This document shows positions 36,591-45,532 of a stretch of 64,000 nucleotides of DNA, in pieces. This stretch comes from a virus (taxonomy: Duplodnaviria; Heunggongvirae; Uroviricota; Caudoviricetes). The notes below the pieces were generated by a model that saw only the letters and a program-made list of their open reading frames with translations, was not told the DNA's origin and did no database searches. How positions within the stretch are numbered: the first letter of the stretch is position 1; each line of letters opens with the position of its first letter. The stretch lies in the IMG/VR virus record IMGVR_UViG_3300022660_000050, one strand, 5' to 3'. The translations under genes were made by a program, and so were the position numbers.

Positions 36591-37106
36591 ATGGATAAGT
36601 TACTTATTATTGTTGATATGCAGAATGACTTTATTGACGGCGCGCTTGCAAATCCTGCTGCGCAGGCAATCGTTACAGGTATTGTAGAGCTTGCTAAAAA
36701 TTGGACAGGTAAGCTTTGTGTAACCTATGATACTCATCAGGAGAATTATCTTGAGACTCAGGAAGGTAAGAATCTTCCGTTCGCACATTGTATTATTAAT
36801 ACAGAAGGTCACAGGCTTAATGCACAAATCGCGGCTGTAACTAATGACCGAGTTAACTACACAGTATTTAAACCTACTTTTGGTTTTGCTAACTGGGGTC
36901 AGTATGGTTTTGATAATCACTTCAATGAAGTAGTTGTTGTCGGAACCTGTACTGATATTTGTGTAGTAAGTAATGTACTTGCAATTAAGGCCGCTTATCC
37001 AGAGCTTAAGGTAACTGTTATCGAGAATCTTTGTGCAGGGCTTTCTCCTGAAAAGCATGCAGCAGCTATTGAGGTTATGAAGAGTTGTCAGGTAAACGTA
37101 GTTTAA
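36591..37106 (+). CDS. pncA: nicotinamidase (isochorismatase family)
   Basis: IVDMQNDFIDG, DTH, HCI, FK, GTCTDICV (Asp-Lys-Cys triad). Confidence 0.88.
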   Translation: MDKLLIIVDMQNDFIDGALANPAAQAIVTGIVELAKNWTGKLCVTYDTHQENYLETQEGKNLPFAHCIINTEGHRLNAQIAAVTNDRVNYTVFKPTFGFANWGQYGFDNHFNEVVVVGTCTDICVVSNVLAIKAAYPELKVTVIENLCAGLSPEKHAAAIEVMKSCQVNVV

Positions 37107-37117
37107 GGAGTGCTCAA

Positions 37118-37831
37118 ATGTCTGAGAAATTAAATAGAATTATCGACTGGATGTATGAGTTTAAAGAGAAAAATAGTGTTAAAGGTGTAGTCCTTGGGCT
37201 TTCCGGGGGAAAAGATTCTACAGTAGTGGCAATGCTTGCAAAGAAGGTCTTTGGTGATAATGTAATTGCTGTATCTATGCCTAATGGCAGACAGTCTGAT
37301 ATTGGTGATGTTAGAGATATTATTACGACTTTGAAATTGACTTCGCCGTTGGTAAATATTCAGAATACTTTTGATACTCTTATTCATGACACTTATATGA
37401 ATATTTCTGACAAAGCAAAGACTAATATCGCACCTCGTATCAGAATGACGGTGCTTTACGCTATTGCTCAGTCCCTTGGCTATCTCGTTATTGGCACCGG
37501 CAATAAGTCCGAGGCTATGATTGGCTGGACTACAAAGTTTGGTGATTCTGCTTGCGACTTCAATCCTATCGGACACCTTACTTGTCGTGAAGTAATCGAG
37601 ATCGGTAAGGAACTCGCTGAGGATTTCGGTCTTGATATTAACTATATCATTAAGAAACCTGCTGACGGACTTACCAGTAAGACCGACGAAGATAACTTTG
37701 GTTTCACCTATGATGAACTCGATGACTACCTTATGTACGGCATTGAGGGCCCTAACATCGATAAGATTAAAAACATGATTGCTTGGGCAGAACACAAGAG
37801 ACAAATGCCTCCTAAAGTGGAGTCGTATTAA
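37118..37831 (+). CDS. nadE: NH3-dependent NAD+ synthetase
   Basis: LGLSGGKDS, NIAPRIRM, GTGNKSE, TKFGD, PADGL, DEDNFG; no glutaminase domain. Confidence 0.93.
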   Translation: MSEKLNRIIDWMYEFKEKNSVKGVVLGLSGGKDSTVVAMLAKKVFGDNVIAVSMPNGRQSDIGDVRDIITTLKLTSPLVNIQNTFDTLIHDTYMNISDKAKTNIAPRIRMTVLYAIAQSLGYLVIGTGNKSEAMIGWTTKFGDSACDFNPIGHLTCREVIEIGKELAEDFGLDINYIIKKPADGLTSKTDEDNFGFTYDELDDYLMYGIEGPNIDKIKNMIAWAEHKRQMPPKVESY

Positions 37832-37841
37832 AAGGAAAAGT

Positions 37842-38390
37842 ATGAAAAATTTATTTAAACATTTAAAAACTGTACACATTCATAGAAAGTTTGTTAGAAA
37901 AGCTTGTTTTAAAATGGGGTTATTTTGGCAAGGTTTGACTCATGACTTGAGTAAGTATTCTATTACCGAACTTAGTATGTGTAAATATTACACAGGTAAA
38001 GGCAGTCCGCATCAAGTGGCACGTGAACAGCTTGGCTATTCTCCCAGCTGGATTCATCACTATCACATGAATAAACATCACTTTCAGTTTTGGTGGGATG
38101 AGGATGAAGAAGGTAAAATCATTCCAATGAAGATGCCCTATAAGTATCTTATTGAAAGTTTTTGTGATATGCTAGGCGCTAGCAAGGCATATAATCCAGA
38201 TAGTTGGGAACCTCAAATGCTTCTTGACTACTGGAATAATAAATGTGTTGGTAAGCGAATTATGCATGAGGCTTCTGTTAAGTTTTTAGATGCTCAAATT
38301 AAAAATTTAGTAACATGTGGCGAAGAAGCTTTCTTTGAATGGTACAAAAATAATAAAGATTTTCTTAGAAAAACTTATAGCGAAATGTGA
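37842..38390 (+). CDS. DUF5662-like (HD-related) protein
   Basis: HLKTV..HR, HDLSK, HHYHMNKHH, ESFCD. Confidence 0.7.
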   Translation: MKNLFKHLKTVHIHRKFVRKACFKMGLFWQGLTHDLSKYSITELSMCKYYTGKGSPHQVAREQLGYSPSWIHHYHMNKHHFQFWWDEDEEGKIIPMKMPYKYLIESFCDMLGASKAYNPDSWEPQMLLDYWNNKCVGKRIMHEASVKFLDAQIKNLVTCGEEAFFEWYKNNKDFLRKTYSEM

Positions 38391-38395
38391 TAATT

Positions 38396-38442
38396 AAAGC
38401 AGGCTGTAAAAAATAGCCTGCTTTTTATTGTATATTATAATA
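38396..38442 (+). promoter_or_regulatory. fused terminator plus class-A promoter cassette
   Basis: AAAGCAGGCT/AGCCTGCTTT-TT then ATTGTATATTATAATA. Confidence 0.75.
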
Positions 38443-38465
38443 TAAAAGTTTATGGAGGATTTAAA

Positions 38466-38933
38466 ATGACACGACCTTCTATTGATGAATATTATCTTGG
38501 TATTGCGAAAGCCGTATCAGCAAGGTCTACCTGTATTCGAAAACACTACGGGGCAGTTATCGTAAAAAATGGAGAAATTGTAAGCACTGGTTATAACAAC
38601 CCGCCTCGTGGAGAGCCTCACTGTTATACGTGTACTAAATGTAAAAATGGCAAAGATGCTTCGACTTATATTGACTGCCCAGCTGTTCACGCAGAAATGA
38701 ATGCAATTATTTCTGCAAGTAGAAATGAAATGCTTGGAGCTGATCTTTACCTTGCTGGCTTTGATGTTAGAACAGGCGAAGCAGTTGAATGTGAAGCATG
38801 GCCTTGTGAAATTTGCTTAAGACTTATAAAAAATGCCGGGATAAATAGTATTATAAATAGTAAAGGCGTTATTTATTTACGTTCAGAGCATAGTAATCTT
38901 TTGCTTCAACTGATTGAAAAGGAGACTAAATAA
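38466..38933 (+). CDS. dCMP deaminase
   Basis: STCIRKHYGAVIV, TGYN, VHAEMNAI, PCEIC. Confidence 0.9.
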   Translation: MTRPSIDEYYLGIAKAVSARSTCIRKHYGAVIVKNGEIVSTGYNNPPRGEPHCYTCTKCKNGKDASTYIDCPAVHAEMNAIISASRNEMLGADLYLAGFDVRTGEAVECEAWPCEICLRLIKNAGINSIINSKGVIYLRSEHSNLLLQLIEKETK

Positions 38934-39424
38934 TGATTATTGGAATTGTTTGTGTAGATAACAAATGGGGTATCGGAAAGAAGAATGATCTTCTTTTTCA
39001 CTTGAAGAAGGATATGCAGTTCTTTAGACAGACTACTGCAGACAGTATTGTAGTGTGTGGATATAATACACTTTTGAGTTTTCCTGGAAGTAAGCCTCTC
39101 AAGGGCCGCTCGACAATTTGTCTTTGCCCCGAAGAAGTAGAAAGAGACGACTGCTTCTGTATTCACGATTTTGATGAAATGATAAGACTTGTTAAGGAGC
39201 TTGCCAAGAATCATCCTGTATTTATAATTGGTGGAGCTATGCTTTATCGGAGTATGCTTCCTTATTATGATAAGGTGTATGTGAATATGGTAGACGCTGA
39301 CGGAGAGGCTGAAGTATACTTCCCTAATCTTGATGCAAATACCGCTTACGAGGTTACTCATGTTTTGCCAGCGGTTGAGGATGAAGGGTACCTTACCCAG
39401 CTTTATACTTACACAAGAAAATAA
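38933..39424 (+). CDS. folA: dihydrofolate reductase
   Basis: WGIGKKNDL, DMQFFRQTT, PLKGR, IIGGA, DGEAEVYFP. Confidence 0.92.
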   Translation: MIIGIVCVDNKWGIGKKNDLLFHLKKDMQFFRQTTADSIVVCGYNTLLSFPGSKPLKGRSTICLCPEEVERDDCFCIHDFDEMIRLVKELAKNHPVFIIGGAMLYRSMLPYYDKVYVNMVDADGEAEVYFPNLDANTAYEVTHVLPAVEDEGYLTQLYTYTRK

Positions 39425-39440
39425 AGGATACTATAGTTTT

Positions 39441-40451
39441 ATGTTTATACCAAAGATACCAGTAGAAGACACTATTTTACGAGACTATTCGGTAAACTCA
39501 GCTATTATAGATACAAATGAAAATATTAATAGTTTTGAAAATCAGTATATAACAGTAACTATGCCTATTAATACAATTTTATGGTTTGCTGAAAATAATT
39601 GGAAATGTCCAAAAAGTACTATAAATAGACAAATTTTATCTGCAGCTGAATGGGAGACCGAAAAACAGGCATTGATTGCTTACGGTAAAAACCTAAAGAT
39701 AAATACGAAAGCGTCACTGTGCGGTACTTTTAATAAGAATAATACGAGTTATTTGATTTGGTTAGAATTTACCGGACCAGACCTTATAAAGCATAAACTT
39801 GATATTTTTATAAATGAAAAATCTAAAGATGGTACAAAGATTTATGCTATAAAAGGTATTGATGGTGTGCTTTGTGATACTATTTATAATGCTATTATTA
39901 ATAATGGCGTAATTGACCCTAGAATTGCCAGAAAATTAAACAGTATTGGGTCTGTCGCTTGGATCGGAACTGCAGAGTCTAAAACTCAATACAAACTTAA
40001 TAGTTTTAGACAACAAAAACTTTTCGAAAAAGCTGCAGCAGAGTGCCCATTCGTAGAACTACGTCAGCTTGATTGTTTTGATGATTATCTTTATAGAGGT
40101 GACCCTGGTCAATTAGCTGACTATGATTTAACTATTACGCTTAAAAATGGCGTTAAAGTTACTACTCGCCTCGATTTAAAGTTATTACATGACCTTAGCT
40201 TTGAGTCAATAGAAGAACAAAATCCACATGATGCTGAAATTATACTCGCATCCGCACTTCTTGATGCAGGTAAGGTTAAGGGTGGACGATTTTTTGACCC
40301 TATCGATGGTATTAAAATAGAAGATACAGAGGAGTTTAAGAATTTTATTGAGTTGTTCAAGATTGCACTAAAAGCTAATCCAAGGCAGTATATTAAAATT
40401 TATAATATTGATACTACTACCGGTAAAGTTACTTATTCTTTTTTTAGCTAA
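39441..40451 (+). CDS. hypothetical protein, possible C-terminal PD-(D/E)xK nuclease
   Basis: ADYDL...RLDLK motif spacing; AT-rich codons; start 39441 (track start 39330 overlaps folA). Confidence 0.45.
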   Translation: MFIPKIPVEDTILRDYSVNSAIIDTNENINSFENQYITVTMPINTILWFAENNWKCPKSTINRQILSAAEWETEKQALIAYGKNLKINTKASLCGTFNKNNTSYLIWLEFTGPDLIKHKLDIFINEKSKDGTKIYAIKGIDGVLCDTIYNAIINNGVIDPRIARKLNSIGSVAWIGTAESKTQYKLNSFRQQKLFEKAAAECPFVELRQLDCFDDYLYRGDPGQLADYDLTITLKNGVKVTTRLDLKLLHDLSFESIEEQNPHDAEIILASALLDAGKVKGGRFFDPIDGIKIEDTEEFKNFIELFKIALKANPRQYIKIYNIDTTTGKVTYSFFS

Positions 40452-40463
40452 CAAGGAGAAAAG

Positions 40464-40652
40464 ATGAACAATCAACTTAAAACTAAATGTTCGTTTTGTA
40501 GATATTGGACAGGCCGCGGCTGCATGGTAACGCCAAATTCGCATTATTGTAAAGAAGCAAACGATGAGTACTACCAGTACTTAAAAACTAGAAATAATGC
40601 GGCTAGCATGCCTGCGCAAAGGTCGTTAAGATCTTGGGATAAAAAGCGATAA
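40464..40652 (+). CDS. small Cys-rich protein
   Basis: CSFC...C...C; AAGGAG RBS. Confidence 0.65.
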   Translation: MNNQLKTKCSFCRYWTGRGCMVTPNSHYCKEANDEYYQYLKTRNNAASMPAQRSLRSWDKKR

Positions 40653-40676
40653 AATTATTCGCTAAATTAAGTAGAA

Positions 40677-40832
40677 GGCCTTCGGGCCAGCTTAAAAGAT
40701 GAATTCAAGTGATACTAAAAAGATACAAAAATATAAATTAAAGATACTGTTTATACAATAAATAAAAGATATTTATAATTTAATACTTTAATCTTTTTAG
40801 TACCGCTTAGGATTTTTCTAAGCGGTATTTTT
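40677..40832 (+). ncRNA. putative rod-shaped small RNA
   Basis: Class-B motif at 40660, 5' GGCC-TTCG-GGCC hairpin, 12-bp long-range stem TACTAAAAAGAT/ATCTTTTTAGTA, terminator TACCGCTTAG/CTAAGCGGTA-TTTTT; no ORF with RBS. Confidence 0.5.
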
Positions 40833-40906
40833 ATTTTAACTCCTAATTTTATCGATTTTTTACTGTATTATATTTTGTATATAAATTTTAAAGGAGAGTT
40901 AAACTA

Positions 40907-41437
40907 ATGATTAAACTTTTTATTGAACCTGGCTATGACGTTAAGGCACCTGTAAGAGACTATGGAAATGCTGGAATTGACTTCTTCATTCCTAATTATA
41001 ACAAAGCTTTTGCAGAGGCTTTTAATGCTAAGAACAACCCTGACCAGGCATATCTGAGTACTGATATTGATGGCGTCGGAATTATTCGTATTATGCCTCA
41101 TGGACGTGTTAATATTCCTTCTGGTATTCGTAGTTTTATCAGTCCTAACGTAGCTCTTGAGGCTCAGAATAAATCTGGTATTGCCACCAAGTATGGTCTT
41201 GTCTATGGCGCTTCCGTAGTTGATGCAAACTATCAGGGTATTATTCACATTAGTCTTATTAACACTACGAGTAAGGTTATTGAGCTTCCTTATGGTATGA
41301 AGGCAGTACAATTTCTTCCTAGACTTATCGATATTTCTCCTGTTGAAGTGTATAATAATATGTCGCTTGATGAGTTCTATAAAGATTTTGAATTTTCCAA
41401 TCGTGGAGAAGGAGCTTTCGGTTCAACAGGCGTTTAA
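40907..41437 (+). CDS. dut: trimeric dUTPase
   Basis: AGIDF, NKSG, VVDANYQG, VQF, RGEGAFGSTG. Confidence 0.93.
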   Translation: MIKLFIEPGYDVKAPVRDYGNAGIDFFIPNYNKAFAEAFNAKNNPDQAYLSTDIDGVGIIRIMPHGRVNIPSGIRSFISPNVALEAQNKSGIATKYGLVYGASVVDANYQGIIHISLINTTSKVIELPYGMKAVQFLPRLIDISPVEVYNNMSLDEFYKDFEFSNRGEGAFGSTGV

Positions 41438-41459
41438 TTGCTATACTTAGGAGGAACTA

Positions 41460-42137
41460 ATGTCAACTTGTTTTTTGTATGACGTCTGTAATCACAAAGA
41501 TTGTGATAAGGATTTCTGTTTAAGAAAATATAAAATGGATTCACTTTATTCTGCAGCTCTTATGACTGAAAGTCAGAAGAAGCATATCACTCTTAGAGTG
41601 GATGAGGACGGAACAGATCTTGAGCAGTTCAAGCAGCTTGCAGCTATTGAGCAGAATATCGTATCATTTATTAACGAAGGTAGAAATTTGTATATTCATT
41701 CCGCAAACTGTGGTAATGGAAAATCTTCGTGGAGCCTTAGACTTGCTGAAGCTTACTTCAATAAGATCTGGGCTCGTACAGAAGTAAAGTGTAGAGTACT
41801 TTTTATAAGTGTTCCCAGATTTTTACTTGCTCTCAAAGATGATATTACTACCAAAAATGCTTATGTTGCCTATATCAAAGAAAATGTTCTTGAGGCTGAC
41901 TTGGTAATTTGGGATGATATTGCTGCTAAGATGGGTTCAGAATTTGAGCTAACTCATCTACTTAATATTATTGATAACAGACTTGCTCTTGGTAAGTCTA
42001 ATATCTATACATCTAATCTTAACCGTCAGCAGCTTTATACAGCTCTCGGTGAGAGACTTACTAGTAGAATTGCAAACATGTCAGTTGACGTAGAGCTGCG
42101 TGGAGCAGATAAAAGAATTTTGAAGTTAGGAGAATAA
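41460..42137 (+). CDS. DnaC/DnaI-like helicase loader ATPase
   Basis: N-terminal Cys/His cluster, ANCGNGKS Walker A, LVIWDDI Walker B, YTSNL, RLTSRI. Confidence 0.85.
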   Translation: MSTCFLYDVCNHKDCDKDFCLRKYKMDSLYSAALMTESQKKHITLRVDEDGTDLEQFKQLAAIEQNIVSFINEGRNLYIHSANCGNGKSSWSLRLAEAYFNKIWARTEVKCRVLFISVPRFLLALKDDITTKNAYVAYIKENVLEADLVIWDDIAAKMGSEFELTHLLNIIDNRLALGKSNIYTSNLNRQQLYTALGERLTSRIANMSVDVELRGADKRILKLGE

Positions 42138-42143
42138 ATATAA

Positions 42144-43460
42144 ATGATTGCACAGTTTCAGATTATTAATAAAGTTCTTCAAAACAAGGACTATTCTTTT
42201 ATCACTCTAAATAACCTTACTGCTGAACATTTCTATGGTTATCAAGCAGAGTATGAGTTTATTAAGGCTCACTACAATACTTATCACACTGTTCCCGACC
42301 GCCTTACTTTCGTTCAGCACTTTCCTGAGTTCGTTATTCAGGACGTAAATGAGCCTGATAATTATTTGATTGAGCAGCTTTATAATGACTACAACCAGAG
42401 TTATCTTGCTACTCGTCTTAATAATCTTAAGAAGCTTTTGGAAGCTGATGATACTGCTGGAGCAATGCAGTACTTTAAGGATTCCCTTGAGAAGCTTCAC
42501 ACTGGCTCAGCACTTCAGTGCACCGATATTATGTCAGATACTTCAAGATATGATCGTTATCTTGATATGATTGCAAATCAGTCTAAATACTTTATTTCTA
42601 CTGGCTTCCCTGAGCTTGATAAGATTATTACAGGTATCGACCGTAGAAATGAGAATATGGTTATTGCAGCTCGTTCAGGTGTAGGTAAGTCTTGGGTTAT
42701 GTTGTTGATTGCCGCAGCAGCTGCCAAGCAGGGCCTTACAGTTGGTATTTATTCAGGTGAGATGTCAGTAGACAAGGTAGCTTATCGTCTTGATACTCTT
42801 CTTGGTAAGATTGATAACAAGAAGATTTCCCGTGGTGACCTTTACTACAAGGACCATTATAAGAATTATTTGGACAGTCTTAAATGTTCTGGCTATGGAC
42901 CGATTAAGGTACTTACGCCAAATGATATTGCAGGTCCCGCAACTGTAGATGCTCTTCAGGCATTTATTGAGAAAGAAAATCTTGATATTCTGTTTGTAGA
43001 CCAGTATTCACTTTTGGAAGATAATAGTAGAGCCAAGGTAGCTCATGAAAAGGTTGCTAATATCTCCAAATCTATTAAGAACCTGCAGGTACTCAAGCAA
43101 ATCCCGATTATTGCAGTATCTCAGATGAACAGAACTAAGAATGAAGATAAGTCTCAGGATACTACTCAGATTGCACTTTCTGACCGTATTGGACAGGATG
43201 CTACTGTTATTCTGATGCTTGATAAGCAGGATGCTGAAGACCCTAATCATCCTGGAGCTCATAAGGTAACAGTTAATATTGTAAAGTCTAGAGATGGTGG
43301 CGACGGTAGAAAGCTCGACTACTTGTGGAACTTCAACACAGGTGATTATCGTTATATTTCAAACGGTAATGATGGAGTAACCTCAGAAGAAGACTTTGAA
43401 GAGATTGAAAACAGCTACAGTGCAGATTATCCCGTAACTGATGATGAATGCCCGTTTTAA
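42144..43460 (+). CDS. dnaB: replicative helicase DnaB
   Basis: AARSGVGKS, SGEM, FVDQY, VSQMNR, IGQDA, KSRDG. Confidence 0.92.
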   Translation: MIAQFQIINKVLQNKDYSFITLNNLTAEHFYGYQAEYEFIKAHYNTYHTVPDRLTFVQHFPEFVIQDVNEPDNYLIEQLYNDYNQSYLATRLNNLKKLLEADDTAGAMQYFKDSLEKLHTGSALQCTDIMSDTSRYDRYLDMIANQSKYFISTGFPELDKIITGIDRRNENMVIAARSGVGKSWVMLLIAAAAAKQGLTVGIYSGEMSVDKVAYRLDTLLGKIDNKKISRGDLYYKDHYKNYLDSLKCSGYGPIKVLTPNDIAGPATVDALQAFIEKENLDILFVDQYSLLEDNSRAKVAHEKVANISKSIKNLQVLKQIPIIAVSQMNRTKNEDKSQDTTQIALSDRIGQDATVILMLDKQDAEDPNHPGAHKVTVNIVKSRDGGDGRKLDYLWNFNTGDYRYISNGNDGVTSEEDFEEIENSYSADYPVTDDECPF

Positions 43461-43470
43461 GGAGTAGATT

Positions 43471-44442
43471 ATGCCAGTACTTAGAGTTGATAATTATATA
43501 ATTGAAACGCCTCTTTATGAGATAGTATGTCAACTCAAGATGGCGTTAACAAATGGTAAACTAAGAGAAATAAAGTCTTGGAGCGAAGGTGATGACAATA
43601 TCGTTGTCACCTGCCCCAACCGACATCATAAGAACGGTCGTGAAGCACATGCGGCAATGAATATCTATGTTGGAAATAGCTCAAAGATTCCGTATGGATA
43701 TTGCAAATGCTGGTCCTGTGACTTCCAGTGCAGTTTTGTTAGGTTTGTTGCTGAGTGTTTTGAGTGCTCGGAAGAATTTGCTAAGAATTGGCTTAAGGAC
43801 AAATATGGCAAGATTTCAAGCTCAGGCATTGTTTTGTGTGACGATATTGTTATAAAGCAAAATAAAATGCCTGTCCGTATGCCAGCAAGTTACTTAGATA
43901 CTTTTCAGGACTGGCACCCGTATCTAGCTCAAAGAAAGCTTTCAAGAGAAGTTTGTGAGCTTTTCAAAGTAAAATATGACCCGCAAACAAGTCAGATAGT
44001 TTTTCCGTGTTTTGATATTGCTGGAAAAATTATTATGGCTCCGAGAAGGTCTATTTATAACAAAACTTTCTATATTAATAAAGATCAAGATAAGCCTGTT
44101 TATTGTCTTGACTATATCATAAAAAATAATATTTCAACTGCAATGATTTGTGAAGGCCCAATTGACGTGCTTACTTGCTACACCTACGGGTATCCTGCAA
44201 TTGGTACCTGGGGTAATCCTTCGCCTTCACAGATAGACGCTATTAATAAATCACCTATTAAGGTCCTCTATATTGCTATGGATAATGACTGGGCAGGACA
44301 AAGAATGGCTAATGTTATCAAAGCTGGCCTTGACCCAAGAATTATCATAAAAGAAGTTCATTGGCTTCCAAATAAAAAAGACCCAAATGAACATTCATAT
44401 GACGAATTCCAAAAAGTTATGAATGAGGCTAAAAATTCATAA
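43471..44442 (+). CDS. dnaG: DNA primase (DnaG-type, Zn finger plus TOPRIM)
   Basis: CP..H...CKCWSC, CEGPID, MDNDWAG, KDPNE. Confidence 0.87.
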   Translation: MPVLRVDNYIIETPLYEIVCQLKMALTNGKLREIKSWSEGDDNIVVTCPNRHHKNGREAHAAMNIYVGNSSKIPYGYCKCWSCDFQCSFVRFVAECFECSEEFAKNWLKDKYGKISSSGIVLCDDIVIKQNKMPVRMPASYLDTFQDWHPYLAQRKLSREVCELFKVKYDPQTSQIVFPCFDIAGKIIMAPRRSIYNKTFYINKDQDKPVYCLDYIIKNNISTAMICEGPIDVLTCYTYGYPAIGTWGNPSPSQIDAINKSPIKVLYIAMDNDWAGQRMANVIKAGLDPRIIIKEVHWLPNKKDPNEHSYDEFQKVMNEAKNS

Positions 44443-44447
44443 ATCAC

Positions 44448-44463
44448 ATTGTATTATATAATA
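44448..44463 (+). promoter_or_regulatory. class-A promoter ahead of SSB
   Basis: ATTGTATTATATAATA. Confidence 0.65.
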
Positions 44464-44533
44464 TCGGCTGACATCCGATAAATATAAAAAATAAATAAAA
44501 AATACTAAACAATACCAAAGGAGAAAATTAAAA

Positions 44534-45442
44534 ATGTCAAGTACTTTCAATTTCGCACAGTATCAGCAGATCGCAGCTCAGGAGCAGACCCAGTCCGGTG
44601 ACGGCACTAAGATTGGTTACTTCAAGCTCAAGGATGATGGCGACATCGCTATCGCTCGTATCAACCTCGGTTCTACCGATGAGTTTATGTTCGCAGCAGT
44701 TCATACACTTCAGGTCGGTGGTAAGTGGATGAAGGTAAGCTGCCACAATCCTCTCGGCATGAATGCAGCCGGCTGTCCTCTTTGCTCTGCAAATCAGGCA
44801 AATCCTAAGGGCTCTATCGGTAAGTCTGCTAAGAAGATGTTTATTCCTATGCTTGTTTCTTATCGCGATCCTCAGTCCGCAACCGGTTACACTCCTGTTA
44901 CTCCCGTTATTTGGGACCGTCCTGCTCAGTTCTCTCGTGAACTTGCAAATAAGCTTATGGTAGCAGGTAATCTTAAGGATGTTCTTGTTCTTATTACTCG
45001 TAACGGTAAGGCTGGCGACATGCAGACTACTTACTCTGTAGACGTTCTTCCTGCAACTCATCCTGTATTTAAGCCTGAGATGATTCCCGCTGACTTCAGT
45101 GCTTTCAATAACTTTAATATCGCTAAGCATTCTTATTGGGAGAAGTCTGTTGAGGAAATTAACACCTTCCTTGCTACCGGTCAGTTCCCTGAGGTTGCTA
45201 AGGCAAACAATCAGCAGACTGTAAATACTGTGGCAAATACTGCTACCGCTTATGCAGCTCCTGCTACTCCTGCTTATACGGCACCTGCTCAGGCAGCTCC
45301 CGCTCAGACAGTTCCTGCTTACACTGCTCCTGCCACACCTCAGTATACTGCCCCTGATGCTCCCATGAATACTCCCGCAACAGCAGCACCTGCTAACGCA
45401 GCAACGACTCCTGTAAGAAACTTCTCTGGCTTCAGCTTCTAA
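44534..45442 (+). CDS. single-stranded DNA-binding protein (T4 gp32-like)
   Basis: YFKLKDDG, HT...C...CPLC Zn site, Pro/Ala-rich tail, position between primase and polymerase. Confidence 0.75.
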   Translation: MSSTFNFAQYQQIAAQEQTQSGDGTKIGYFKLKDDGDIAIARINLGSTDEFMFAAVHTLQVGGKWMKVSCHNPLGMNAAGCPLCSANQANPKGSIGKSAKKMFIPMLVSYRDPQSATGYTPVTPVIWDRPAQFSRELANKLMVAGNLKDVLVLITRNGKAGDMQTTYSVDVLPATHPVFKPEMIPADFSAFNNFNIAKHSYWEKSVEEINTFLATGQFPEVAKANNQQTVNTVANTATAYAAPATPAYTAPAQAAPAQTVPAYTAPATPQYTAPDAPMNTPATAAPANAATTPVRNFSGFSF

Positions 45443-45459
45443 TAATTAAAACAAATTTA

Positions 45460-45505
45460 AAAGACGGGTCTGAAAATGGTCCGTCTTTTATTGTATTATA
45501 TTATA
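45460..45505 (+). promoter_or_regulatory. fused terminator plus class-A promoter ahead of polymerase
   Basis: AAAGACGG/CCGTCTTT-T then ATTGTATTATATTATA. Confidence 0.7.
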
Positions 45506-45532
45506 TGAAATATATTTTAAGCGAGGTTATAC

